From contig JAPEUI010000019.1 of NCBI GenBank assembly GCA_026025075.1, positions 124,001 to 188,000 on the forward strand: a stretch of 64,000 nucleotides of DNA, in the 5' to 3' direction. The DNA comes from Vezdaea acicularis. Its lineage: Eukaryota. Of this stretch, positions 35,819-48,297 are shown in pieces. Under the pieces are notes generated by a model, which saw only the letters and a list, made by a program, of their open reading frames with translations, was not told the origin of the DNA and made no database searches. Made by a program: the position numbers and the translations under genes. The stretch's first letter is position 1; each line of letters begins with the position of its first letter.

Positions 35819-38800
35819 ATGGACGCATCTTATTTCATTCTAGATTTGTCGAACGCGTATGAGGATGCTCTGCCTCATCGAGCTGTCACAGAGACAGCCG
35901 CCCAAGACTTGAGCGAGAACCTATCAACAAGGTTCGCAAAGAAGGAGGCGTCGGGACAATTTGTTGAGTGAGTCTCGAGGTTGAGGCTGATTTTGAGTTA
36001 ACTTAGTTGATAAGACAAAAGCTGAGATCTTGAAGTCATATCAATCTTGTACAAGAAGAACTTCATCGGACTGCATTTCTCCCTGGCATATCTTCCTCAC
36101 ATCGAGCGACAGTGTGCCATGCACTATGTAGCATTTTGCAGAGTTGTCTTCTTTCTGGGAGAACGAGTTTGATTGCTCTTACTCAACCGGAAGAATTACC
36201 TGGAAAACTTCTATCAATCAATCTCAGTCATGCGGAAAGTCTTAGAATACGGTCAAGCAGAGAAATTCTTGCCACATTGACTTCCATTCTACGTGGCGTT
36301 GAACAGGAAACTTCCATTCAAACAAGAAGCCTCATTGTGCAAACACAGATACTTCGGACTGTGCATGCTGCGCAATCTGACCTGGATCGTACTAAAGTTA
36401 AACCCGCTCTGCAAGCATTGGAGTACCTCCTAAAACGAGATGTCCTCAGTTTAGAGAGTATCACGCAAGAATGGAGGGCTTTGGACACATCTCGAGCACA
36501 GACTTCTGACGATCAGGGAGACTTGAACTTACTGGACGCACTTGGCCTTGCCATATTGAGTTTCATGACATATTCAGACGTGGCACCAGCAGCTGGGGCT
36601 GTGTTTGTTGCAGTGTATACTAAAATCGAACAGCGCCGTTTCGGCATTAGTGACAATGAAACATATCAGAGCAGAATACCTTTATGGGCTAGCCCTATCT
36701 ACATAAATCTTGAGCGCGACTGGGAGACGCTGGAGCCTATTCAACAACAGATATTCCCTGACCTCTTCCGCTTAAACCCTTTGAAATTTGAAGTGTTTCT
36801 CGATGACCTAGGGTTTCGAGATCTAATACGTGATACCGTTCAAGCTTATGCCGATCGAAAGCTGATACTACTCTTTTGTGCCCTTCAGGTTGGTAAGGAG
36901 GTTGGGTTAATCCGGGAAAGTGGTATGTCGATTGAGTCTTGATCCGTCCTTCAGGGCTAACGGCTTTTAGGAGGCGCTTTACTTGAAGGCTGTGGCATAG
37001 TAATCAATTCTGCAGATATTATTAGGCCATATCTTGTAAATCAATTGCCAGAGATCCGGTCTGCCGCGTTTTCCTTGATTATTAGCTCCCCAAATCAGAC
37101 CTTTCATTTCACGAAAGAGAGCCTTGAAGCCCTTCAATATTCTCTGCCATTCTTTCATTCAGAAACAGATGCAAAAACGCGCAATAGTAACCTGGGCTTG
37201 ATTCGACGATTGGTGGAAAGACTGAGAGCTTCCTCCTTGGCCTTATATAGGCAATCGGCGGAGCGACGAGGAGCTACTTTGAACAGACTCACAACATCCC
37301 GAATTTTGCCTTCACCAGAGCTCGAATCTCCTTGCAAGAGCTCGGAGACCTTGCACAATGAATTTTTACTTTGGTACATCGAATTTTTGAAGACAACAAT
37401 TGGTCCTTCTAGTCCCTACTATCAGCAAATCGGTGGCTTGAAAGCGCTACTCAGCTTGTTTCATTCAGGACTTGATCGTTCAATTCCTATAAGTCGCCTT
37501 CCGAAGCGGAGTCAGGGGCAGCATAAATGGGCCAAGCAACTTTCAATATTTGACGGCCATCTTGTGCGGTTGCTCCTCGATCTACTCTTTAACCCGTACA
37601 ATGACATCCGCGCGATTGCCGCCACCATTTTAGAACTTCCAGGAGTATTTGATATAAGTCTCATCAGTGAGGGTTCAATACTGTCTACTCGCAGCGAGTA
37701 TCTTGTGGCAAGCTCGGGCCGAGCCGACCATTCTGACGGACTAGCTAAGCTGCTGTTTCTAAGATACAAGCTGGCATGTCGGGATATGATTCTGAAAGGT
37801 CTTTCGCAGGACAGTCATAAAGCATGTGCAGCTCTTATGATAGAGTCTCTGCTTGATCAGTTAGAGAAGAAAGTGAGAGGAGCAGACCACAACATCGCAG
37901 AGGCTGTAGCGCATGCTCCCTTCCACGCCGAGATAATTGGCTTAAGGTAATAGTCAACTCTCACATTTCCACCTACTCCTTCTGCTGATGTTTGGCAAGA
38001 TACATGTTAGAAGATTCCCTAAAGGATGGCGAAATACACAATTTCACGAGTATTCAGCAAAAGATTTGGACTTGTTGTCGGTCCATCTGGGATGTCGTTC
38101 AAGAAGTCCTTTGTGTTGATTCTCCAGAAGGTTACGTACTTGAAGATGAGGATCCTGAATTTGATATTGGAACAAAAGACCTTCTCAGCTTTTGTTGGAG
38201 AGCTTTGAAAGAATCAAGGTAGGCTACGGGGCCCTTTTCAGTGATTCTTAGCTAAGCCTGAAGCCTGCTCCTGTGGGCTCTTGTTATCAACACGCCCATG
38301 ACGCAAAAAAATTCTCTCGCCGTTCTTGAAACAAGAGATCTTGATAGAATCGGTTCCCTAACGTTTTCTCAGCTGGCATCTTTGCGTCACCGAGGAGCAT
38401 TCACGACTGTTGCAACAACCTTTGCAGCATGTTGCAAGCGCTGTCATCAGTCTGGAGCTCATAGATTGCTGGTTGAGTGGTATCTAGTAAGCTAAAAGTC
38501 AATCGTGCACAGGAGGGCCTATTTAACTAAATTCAAACAGAAAACGCGGCACGAAATCATCGCAATTTCAACGAGCGCAACGCGTCGTTCTGCCGGTATT
38601 CCTTCTATAATCACCGGGATCTTGTCTGCAAACCCTGGTGACAGTTTTTCATTGAGCATCATGGATGATCTATTCGACGATGCTGGAAAACATCCAGACG
38701 GACCGCGTCCAGAAAAAGGTACAAGTGTACCTCAGGTTCATGCTTTGAATTGTTTGAAGGAAATCTTCTCTCATACCAAGCTTGGGCTAGTTTCAGAGCC

Positions 38801-40628
38801 CAATATTGCCCGAGGTCTGGAAGTCGCAATCTCTTCGCTTCGGTCAAATGACTGGGCAATCCGTAACTGCGGCTTGATGTTGCTAAGGGCTCTCGTCGAC
38901 CGTCTATTTGGGACCAATGAGTCCACTAAACAGGAGGTTGATGGCCCCACTCAGTCGTCCAAGCTATCATGGGATCGGTACCCTCAACTACCATTTCTGT
39001 TGATTAGCATGCTTGAGCCCGGGAAAACAGAATCGAATGGCCCTGGTTTGGCTGTATCGAGCGAACATTCTACAGAAAGTATCCATGCTATTTTACCTGC
39101 ACTTGAGATTGTACGTCGAGCAGGTGTACCAAATAAGCATGGACAAATTTTTCGTTCTTTGATTAACTTGCACATGGCGAGCAGGATATGGCATGTTCGG
39201 CATCTTGCTGCTAGAGCATTTTTAACTCTCGTTAATGCAAACCAATGGGTGGTCGAGGCTTTGAGACTTCTGCAACCCACTTGGAAGTCCCAGAACGAGT
39301 TACATGGAAGGCTGCTAGCAGTAAAATACTGTTTGGATCATTATAAAAGTCATTCAGGACAGGATGCTTCTTGTAAGTGTGAGTGAATGAAATATGTATG
39401 ACTAGCTGAAAATGATTAGGGGACTTTGAACGTATCCAGATGCAGTTGGCTTTATCTTGCAAGGCTAGTCTTTCCATGGGTGACTGTTCTTTCACCAGAG
39501 CCGCCTTCTCCGATCTTCTTCGGGGCTCTGAAGACAGTAAGAATCCTGCCTTGAATTTTAAGCCAGCAGGCCGGAAAACATGCCCCAGTTCTGCGGACCT
39601 GTCATTGCAACTACAGGGCGCTACTTTAGCGGATACATACAACCCAGAAAATCTTTTGGACAATGATGCTAAACACCTCGAGCCGGCAACCAAGTCATGG
39701 ATCCTATTACTCTATGCAGCGTCAGGACAGGAAAGCGTATGTAGACATGTGTCCCTAGTTCTGTATCATCTAACATTTCCAGAGCTATGACACTCGCTAT
39801 GCAGCTGTCTGCTCGTTAGCAGCCTTTAGGGCAAGTCTTCACTTTCCGGGGGGGCCCATTCGAACTTGTCCTGCATTTCTGCCCATTTATGTTATTCTCT
39901 ACGAATTATTGAATGACGATGATACAACCATACGCGAGACTACCTTGGGAGTCGTCTCAAGCATACTTTCTCCGCTTAACAATCATAAGCTTGTGCCCAC
40001 GGCAGCAGGCTCCGCGCTTGTTCGCTGGCTCGGCGATCATTGTGCCGAGTCTAAAGAAATATTGACAAGATATGCTCTCCTTCGTTTGACCAAACAATCG
40101 GGTCGTTTCTTCAGTTACGAAATTCTTGAGAATAAATTAGAAGACTATGTACTGCGCTCATTCATACCATTGAGAGCATTTCTCGTTGAGGCGCTAAAAG
40201 TAGATGCATCACTCTTTGCTACTGAAAAACAAAACCTCTTCATCGACCCTCTCCGTGAGTCAAGGGACTGGTCCGACCTCCTTATCTTCACAGGAGCATC
40301 ACATGTCTACCATCAAACATTGGATGGGTTCAAAGTCTGGACAGTAGAAGGTCTCGAAGCGTTTTCAGAGGGGATTTGCAATGGTGCGGACGGTGCGCTT
40401 GGCCGGTGCAGTAACCCCGATTTATTTGAGCTTGGAGTAAGATTGATAGATGCAGCAAGAGTTCTAGTCAGCTGGTACAAGTACGAAAAATTGGACTGCG
40501 CAGAGGAGGAATTCCAGAAAATCATCGAACGTCTAAAAGACTTTGTTGAGCGAGGGAGAATCAACAACATGCACGAGAGTCTGCAACTGAAGGCAGAGGA
40601 GATCCTAGCATCAGTCTTTCGGCATTAG
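35819..40628 (+). CDS. TRM732: THADA/Trm732 (DUF2428) HEAT/ARM protein, multi-exon
   Basis: LCVDSPEG, LLSFCWRALKES, LRHRGAF, TRRSAGIP, QVHALNCLKEIF, WAIRNCGLML and LFATEKQNLFID motifs, spread over exons separated by short GT-AG introns. Confidence 0.88.
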
Positions 40629-41733
40629 GAGTGTGCTACAACTTGGAAGACTTTCGTGTTAGGCCTGACCAGTGAGATAACAGGTGGTTGGGAGCGTCAG
40701 TAGAGTGATCGTCAGAAGTAGGAACAAAAAGTTATCTAAAGATACATAAAGCCTCCTTCAAATGAAAAATGCTACTGACCGGGTATTTGTTCCAATACCA
40801 TAAATAAGTGCAAGAGGCAATTTAAGTCAGTGCACATAATCTTCTAAGCAAGAAGTCTCTACCGTTCCTCTTCTCTTCCGAGTTCTTTCGAAAGTCTGCA
40901 AGAAGCCAAAGGGTCCTCCGGCAGGTGTCAATCATCCCGCCCTGTTGTCTTATTAGATGCGAGTTATTTTGATGATAAGGTAGAGCATGCAAATGCGTCC
41001 AGATAAAACACAATCCCTAGAACAAAGATATTGCCTACGATAGTCAGGTATTTGAGGAGGTTGGTTCTGTTTTCCCGGTTCGTTATAAAGCAAACGGCTA
41101 GTCGAGAATCTTCTTCGTCGTAAAAGTGGATGATTTCTCCGTCCTGAGTTTAAAAGATATACTGCAATAAGAGGTGAATGGAGCAGTCCTCATGCCAAAG
41201 GGGGAAGATAAACGGCGGATCGAACGGGCCGGGTGATATCGGCCCTAATCACGTGCGTAGTAGTGATATTTTCTTCTCAACACGTAGGACGCACCCCTCT
41301 CCTTTTTTAAGGTTCGTCTCACATGCAAGGCAAGACGTTTGCCTGCGGCTTCACTGGTAAAGACGAAAATCCCACTACAAACAAAGCTTTGTGTTGATGT
41401 CCTATCCAACCAACTTCATTAGCAGTCTCCTAGCGATCAAAGACAATTAAGAACTCAAGACCTCTCGCAAAGGTGCTGTGTGTTGTAAGTAGCGTATTCA
41501 AAGTAAAACAATTAGTGCTCTCAAGTTTGATTGATTTTTAGCAGTTTTCCGGAGAGCCTTTTTAAGACAACCCCTGGAAGCAGTCTTTGCCTTACCCTCG
41601 GCTGGTAACACCCCTAGACGCAGCCACCGGCCTTATAACACATTGTAGGTATCTTTCGGCCGAAGAAAAGCTAATAAGCATGAAGCTGACAAGTCCCTGT
41701 TGTAGCAAGATTGCTCGCCTCTCTAAATCGAGA

Positions 41734-41898
41734 ATGAAGCGAAACATTACCATTTTGGTGGTGCTGTGCCTCCTCGTACTGTTCTTCATTGGCGTATACT
41801 ATCTGGCCATGTGGTTTCTGAATAGTATGGTCGCGCAGGCGCAGGCGCAGAACGAGGTGCAGGCGAGCGAGGCAGAAGAGACAGCTACTAATTCGTAA
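41734..41898 (+). CDS. Small single-pass membrane or secreted microprotein (54 aa), putative
   Basis: MKRN followed by a strongly hydrophobic helix (ITILVVLCLLVLFFIGVYYLAMWFL) and an acidic Q/A/E tail. A plausible upstream intron at about 41649-41705. Confidence 0.5.
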   Translation: MKRNITILVVLCLLVLFFIGVYYLAMWFLNSMVAQAQAQNEVQASEAEETATNS

Positions 41899-42168
41899 GA
41901 CGGTGAAGACCGCCAGATTGTTTTCAGAGCCTGATTTCAGATATCTTCAGAACGAAGAAACTGTCGTCCACGAAGCGGCAATAGTTCAATTGATTCGAGT
42001 GCCCGTGTGACTCTTTTGGTCCAGAACCGATTCAACAGCGTTTCCTTCACTATATCTTATGTGAGCCTTGGCTATTTGCAGTGAATGTATTAAATCTTCG
42101 TATTTATTTCATGCGAAAGTAACCCACACGAAATGGATGACCCTTCCTAGATCCTTATTGTTGTCGAC

Positions 42169-43705
42169 ATGGCAGTATCAACGACAATCACCGCCCTTAT
42201 TGCCTCAACCTCATCGAGGGTCCTATATCCTGATGAACCAGCTACCTATCTATACGACGGACCTGTAGGAACAAGGCCGGGTAACGTCGTATACTACGAT
42301 ATTCCCCTTGGTCGTACATTCACAGACATCTCGACCGGGCAGCTGTGGGGCTACGTTACACCTTTTACTAATCGTCAGCCAACTTTTACTGCGGAAGCGC
42401 CTCTAGTTAACTGGAACAGAGAGATTGGCACACAGGGTACTCCGTTGCAGGTGAGTTGCCTTCTTCGCCCGTTGTTATGAGAGTCTCTTACCAGATCTAG
42501 CTCTTCTACTATCTTCACAAGGTACGGCCCTGCTGCAAAGACTGTTTGCTTTAAGACTGAGGAAAACTTGTTAGGCCCCAATCATAGTGTCGTTTAATGG
42601 CAGTCACGCCCCTACCAGTCTGATCCACATGAACCGGCCTCATGTACCGCTTTCATTGACAACTGAAGTGGTTGCCACTATCGTAACCGTAACTATAACT
42701 TCCTCTCCTTTTTCTTCACCATCATCAATATCATCCGCTTTTGCCACTGCCGCAGCTTCGATCACAGTTCCGCCGAGGAAAGAACGGAAAAGGCAAGCCA
42801 TGTCAATAGATTCGCCAGCAGCGCCGTCCGCAGCGACTGGCAGCGGCCCTACCATTTATGGCGCAACAAGAACTGAAACGTTCTATACAACCATTACAGC
42901 CACGCCTGGTGATGTTGTGTACATTCCGTTCCCAACACTGACAACTCCCGAGCCAGTTGAGTATACCACAATTCCCGTCTCTGCAAGCATCAACAGAACG
43001 GAGAAGGTATTTCCAAATGGTCAGCCTATACTGGTCCTTACGGAAGTAGATGCGGCGGTCTTTAATCCTACGATTAATGACATTGCCTACGTTCAGACCT
43101 TGTTACAAGCTCCACCGCCACCGCCAACAGAGGATCCACGAAGTGGCAAAATTGCGCTAGCAAACCCAAGTTGGAAGTGGGACACGTGGACCACAGCAGA
43201 AAAAGCCGGAGTGGTGGGTGCTTGCATCGTAGCGTTTTTCGCCACCGGGACATTGCTGATTTGGCTCTGTCTGGAACGTCATAGAAGAAGGAAAAGAGAG
43301 GATGCAGAGAAAGGCAGTGGCACCTACAGCCATAGAAATAAGCCGTCCAGGGGCAAGTCAAGGTCAAAGGCGAGGAAGAGAGATGAAAGTAGGATTTTCG
43401 GCCCTACGCGGAAGAGCGGAGCAGACTATTCCTCAGCTCGAGGAGAGCTGGGCTCGGTCAGGGCGTCCACTCCAACTACCAGTGGCACCATAAGTAACAA
43501 CAATTTAAGAGGTTCTGGAACTGGAGGGTGGTCATCGTATATATCCAATCTATTTCTAGCAAGTTCGGTCCGAGCAACGATTCCAAGCTCTCCTGTCCTG
43601 GACGCATCCACTAGCTATAGTGATAACGAATCCACTCTTTCAGAGGGTATTTCGGATGTGGCACCTCCACGTTCAGGTTCAGCCATCGCGGCGAATAATC
43701 ACTGA
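42169..43705 (+). CDS. Single-pass membrane protein with Ser/Thr-rich ectodomain, hypothetical
   Basis: Exons 42169-42450, 42501-42521 (LFYYLHK) and 42575-43705 join in frame. TM helix AGVVGACIVAFFATGTLLIWLCL followed by RHRRRKR. Confidence 0.7.
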
Positions 43706-43948
43706 ATGGGTAAAGCCCCAGGGCCGGGCTCTAATCTATGGAAGCGCAATGTGGTTATTGAGGACGATAGCTCGGTTTTAAGACATTCTCCATAGCTTAG
43801 GATACAGTGTTAGGTAGGCTCCAGCCTTCAATCCGAATTTGCCTTGGTTTCCAATGGCGAGTGGCGTTTCCAAGGACGAGAGAAGTGGGGAATATGACGG
43901 TGCATGTGAAAAGAAGAGGTAGAGAGAAACAAAAAATCTGGTAAGAGC

Positions 43949-44028
43949 TAGAATGTAGGATGTAGATTTTAGGATGTAGGATGTAGGATGTAGAATATAG
44001 GATGTAGAATGTAGGATGTAGAACGTAG
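43949..44028. repeat. 7-bp tandem minisatellite, consensus TAGGATG, about 11 copies
   Basis: tagaatg taggatg tagattt taggatg taggatg taggatg tagaata taggatg tagaatg taggatg tagaacg tag. Confidence 0.9.
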
Positions 44029-44402
44029 CTGAAAGGCCTTTCGTTTCCTCGTCAAAGACGGCACGATGGGAAGGGAAAGCACACGTGATTAGCACGACAC
44101 TTGCTATATATTAGATGCTCAGTCGTAGCTTTTCCGACTGTATGTTTCTCAAAATCTAGCAGACTTTGAAAATCCTCTTTAATAGTGGGGTAATTACATG
44201 GATAGAGCATCTGAAGGAGACGTCACTTCCCGGCAAAGGCTTCCCTTCAAAACGGTAAGCCCGCCGCAGCCAAGCCTGCTGTTTACGCCTATAGTCGGGA
44301 CTGCACTTGAGAATACGCATACGCATTCCAGTTCCGCCCAAAGCAGACCAGTCCTGTTCTATCTTGACCTTTTCTCTAAATTAGCCCTCAAAAGAACGAA
44401 CT

Positions 44403-46627
44403 ATGTGGAATGACGAGGACAACAATCCTTATGGGTCTTTTGACCGGCGAGACTCGTCCAATTCCGCATCTGGTATAGCAGGCTCTCCACCATCTCGTAC
44501 CTCCTCGTACTCCTATCACGGTTATCAGCAGCATGCGCTCGTGGGCGCAGAAGATGAAAATGGCGATACTCCTTATGATCGACCAGCAACCCCGACTTCA
44601 ACTAACTCATCCGACAATCGCGACGTAGACTATCATTCGCGGGGTCGAGGTCCAAACGAGCACGGGCAGGCTGGTCCAGAGGACCATGAGAGTCCCGAAG
44701 CGTCCCGGAAAAGAGGTGCATATGATAGCCGCGTTGAGCAGATTCTCTATGAGCAGTCTGAGCTTCCAATAGTCATCACGGATGCGGGCAAGAATGTTGA
44801 TGGTGGGGGGAACCATATTGTCTATACGATTCGGACTGGGGTACACCACTGGGTCCGAGTACGTTAGAAGACGGGCTAACTCTACGTAGGACATAGAGGT
44901 GCGGCGAAGGTATTCCGAATTTGCAACCCTTCGGGAAACACTGGTCAATCTACACCCCACCCTTGTAATACCTCCCATACCGGAGAAGCATTCTATGACC
45001 GATTATGCGGCCAAGCCAACAAAAGCGAAGGAAGATATGAGGATCATCGATCTACGAAAACGTATGCTTGGTGTGTTCTTGAATCGTTGTAGACGAATGA
45101 AGGAGATTCGAGAAGACGGTGTTTGGTGGAGGTTTTTGGATCCCAAGACGAGCTGGGTAAGTATTCGCTCAGAGCGGCTACGATAATCAAGTGTAAGGGC
45201 GCATGCTAACTTGTATCCGATCCAGAGCGAAGTACTGAATTCCCATCCAGTATCGTCAATACCTAAATCCATCATGAAAGCGCCCCCTCTTGACCCAGCA
45301 AACCCTACTCAGGCGCACAACTGGCTCCCAGTCCCTTCTACCAATGCCAAGTTGAAGTCAGGGCCCACAAGTAGCACAGGTATGCCATCATCAGCTTCAG
45401 AATCCGCAACAAGTGCGACATCAATAGCCCACACTATTCCAGGGCTTCAGGTGTTCGGCCGCTTCCCACCTTCATCGAAAAACCTTAGCGAGCCAGAGCT
45501 CGACCCCTACTTTATCAACTTTGAGACCGCCACCAAGGAGCTAGAGATATTACTGCAGGGAAACATCGAGAAAGTGAATCGGCGAACACTAAGCCATCTC
45601 TCATCTCTTGCAGCAGATTTGGCTGAGCTAGGCGCACGATACAACGCCTTTTCACTCTCAGAACAGTCGCCTACCTTAGCAGCCGCCATAGAACGTGTTG
45701 GGCAGGCCGTCGACTCTTCTTACATAGCAACAGAAGAGCTATCTTCCTCACTTGGAGCTAGCTTTGCAGAGCCAATGAGGGAAAGCTCACAATTCGCTGG
45801 CGTAGTACGCAACGTACTTCGATACAGGGTGCTAAAGCGGATCCAAGAAGATATGACCAAGGACGAGCTCAAGAAGAAAAAGGAGCTGCTCGCCTCCCTT
45901 GAGGCAAGCGAAATGGAAGCCAATAGGATGGAACAATATCTCAACAGCTCGTCGGGGCCGAATGTGCCTCGAAGGTCTTTATCGACTAGCAGCAGCGGGA
46001 CTGCGCGTGAGACGCCTGGCGAAGACAACGCTTCCATCGACTCAGACTTTCCTCCCACTCAAGGTGATGGTCCCTCCTCACCTTCAGCGCCCCAGGGAAC
46101 CCCTAAAGGTCAGGAGAATGGACCGGGTTCGACTACGTCCCCAGCGAAGAGGGCAAGCGGTAACTTCGTTACGAACAAGATATTCGGACGCCTTAGCCAC
46201 GCAGTCCACGGAATCGTTGATGTGGACCCTGAGAGGACGAGGCGAGACCAGATCGGCAAGACAAAGGAAAGCTTAGTCCAAGTAAGCCTTGTATGCCAGC
46301 ATGATTTCAGACGCTAGAATACTAACAACACTACCCTAGCTCGAGCAAGCCCTGACCGTGTCCGAGAAAGATGTGAAAGACGCTAGCGCAGGCGTCCTGA
46401 AAGACCTGAAGCGCTTCCAGAAAGAAAAGGAAGACGACTTCAAGCGTTACATGGTATTTAGGCCCCTCTCTCCTCCATTCCTTTTTCCATCTACCCAGAG
46501 CAGTAGCCCGCTAACACCTCTCCTTCTACAGATCGCCTACGCGAAATGCCACATCGAATGGGCGAAGAAAAATTTGGAGACATGGGAAGAAGCAAGAGGC
46601 GAAGTCAACAAAATCGAAGTACATTAG
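44403..46627 (+). CDS. SNX41: PX-BAR sorting nexin (Snx41/Atg20 family)
   Basis: MWNDEDNNPYG start. PX motifs VRRRYSEF..LHPTLVIPPIPEKH..IDLRKRMLGVFLNR; BAR-like helical C-terminus; multiple short introns. Confidence 0.88.
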
Positions 46628-47757
46628 ATGAGCTAATAACTAGCAAGTCGGGCAGCGTCCCTGCGCGTCAAGTCCACTGTTTTGGTACGGCGTTCGGCGA
46701 GTTCTTGGGCGGATTTGGCAAGATTACTATATGGCGGTCTACATCGTGCCAAGGGCGGGGGAGGGGAGGCAATTGTCATGTTATAGAGATTATAGTCCAA
46801 TCGCCGTCCATTTCTGAACAAAATTACCACCTCTCATATCTGTTCATTGAGAGCGCTGCGCTGTGGTCATGATGGTCGTACCTTTTTCTTCCTGCGCAAC
46901 ACTACTCGAACACTGCAGCCCCAGGGAACTTTCCGCCCCACCACCACCACCAATCCCGAATCCCCATCCTCACCTCACGACAACCCGGATCCCGATATCT
47001 GCAAGATGTGGTCACAGCCTGGTCTCACAGCATGCAGGATCCTTGGTATTTGGAATTTCCGCGCCGGCGCCGTATGTGGGTGTGCGCGCGCTTCTTTTGC
47101 GTAGGGGTGTTGGGGCTGGGCGTTCGGAAGGCGTTCCGAGCGGGTGTTGCGTGACGCTGATTGCTGGGCGTGACACCCAGCTGCGGGCGGATGGACGGAT
47201 GGGGACTTGGGTTTGGGAGTTTCGGGGGAAATGGGGATGGGGTTCTCCAAAAGGGAGGAGGAAAAGAGGAATTGGGTAGTGGGCTTCACGGGCACGGTTG
47301 GCGATGGAGTTACGCAGGGTTGGATATCACTCCCAACGAAATGAGGATTTATCGGAGTTATCACGGTTGGTTGGTTCGTAAAAAGCTTGGACTTCAGGGT
47401 AGTAATATCATGTTTTATATCAAGCCTGTCTCTCAGTGTTACATCGTCAATCCCCTTATTCTCACGAAGTTATCGTCCTTAAGGCTGTCAGGCACATTAT
47501 CGGTATAGCGTAATAGTTAGTAATGCGATTAGAGGTCTTGGCAAACTAGCATCGACGTCATGCTAGATGCTTACTCGCTCGAACTTTGAGCTTCAAAGTG
47601 CAAAAGTTGCCGATGCCGTCCGTTCGGGATGCGGGGAAGAGGCTATTTGGAATACACTGTTTAAAGTAAACAGAATGCCCCTCTTTTCGAGGCCAGAATT
47701 CAGCAGGCTGAATATATCGATTGATTGTATATTGCCCAACACACCGCTCTGTTCGAG

Positions 47758-48297
47758 ATGGCAACTACTTTCAATGGTAAATGCCACTGCGGGGAGGTAG
47801 AATGGACTGTTTCACTTGAAAAGGAGCAGCAAGCTCACGTCCTCTGGTAAGGGCTTGTCGCGATTCAGCCCTGTCGGGGGAAATTGAGCTGATGATACTA
47901 CCTGATGTAGTCACTGTCCTACTTGTCAAGTCCTCGGCGGTGGCGCCTTCTCTTTGAACCAGGTCGTTCCGAAAAAAGCTTTCAAGCTTACCAAGGGCGA
48001 GCTTAAGACATATACCTACAAAGGAGCTTCTGGTTTGCGATTCTCCATGCTGTAGATGTGGCTGGTTTGCTGACCTTGGGCTCGACAGGCAACCCCACTC
48101 ATTGCTATTTCTGCGGTACCTGCACGGCAAGCCCTTATCACCACCAAACCGTGATGGGAGAGGATAACATCGTGTTACGCACAATCCTCCTAGACGGAGG
48201 AAAGGGCTTCCAGCCTGCTGCGGAACTTTGGGGCAAGTCGAGATTGCCATGGGTCGTGGAGGTTGCTCAAACCTTCGAGGGTGCTCCCCCAGGATGA
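47758..48297 (+). CDS. GFA / CENP-V / Mss4-like zinc-binding protein (glutathione-dependent formaldehyde-activating family)
   Basis: Exons 47758-47846, 47911-48032 and 48089-48297 give GKCHCGEV..LCHCPTCQ..YFCGTC..RLPWV. The ORF track does not show this gene intact. Confidence 0.9.
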
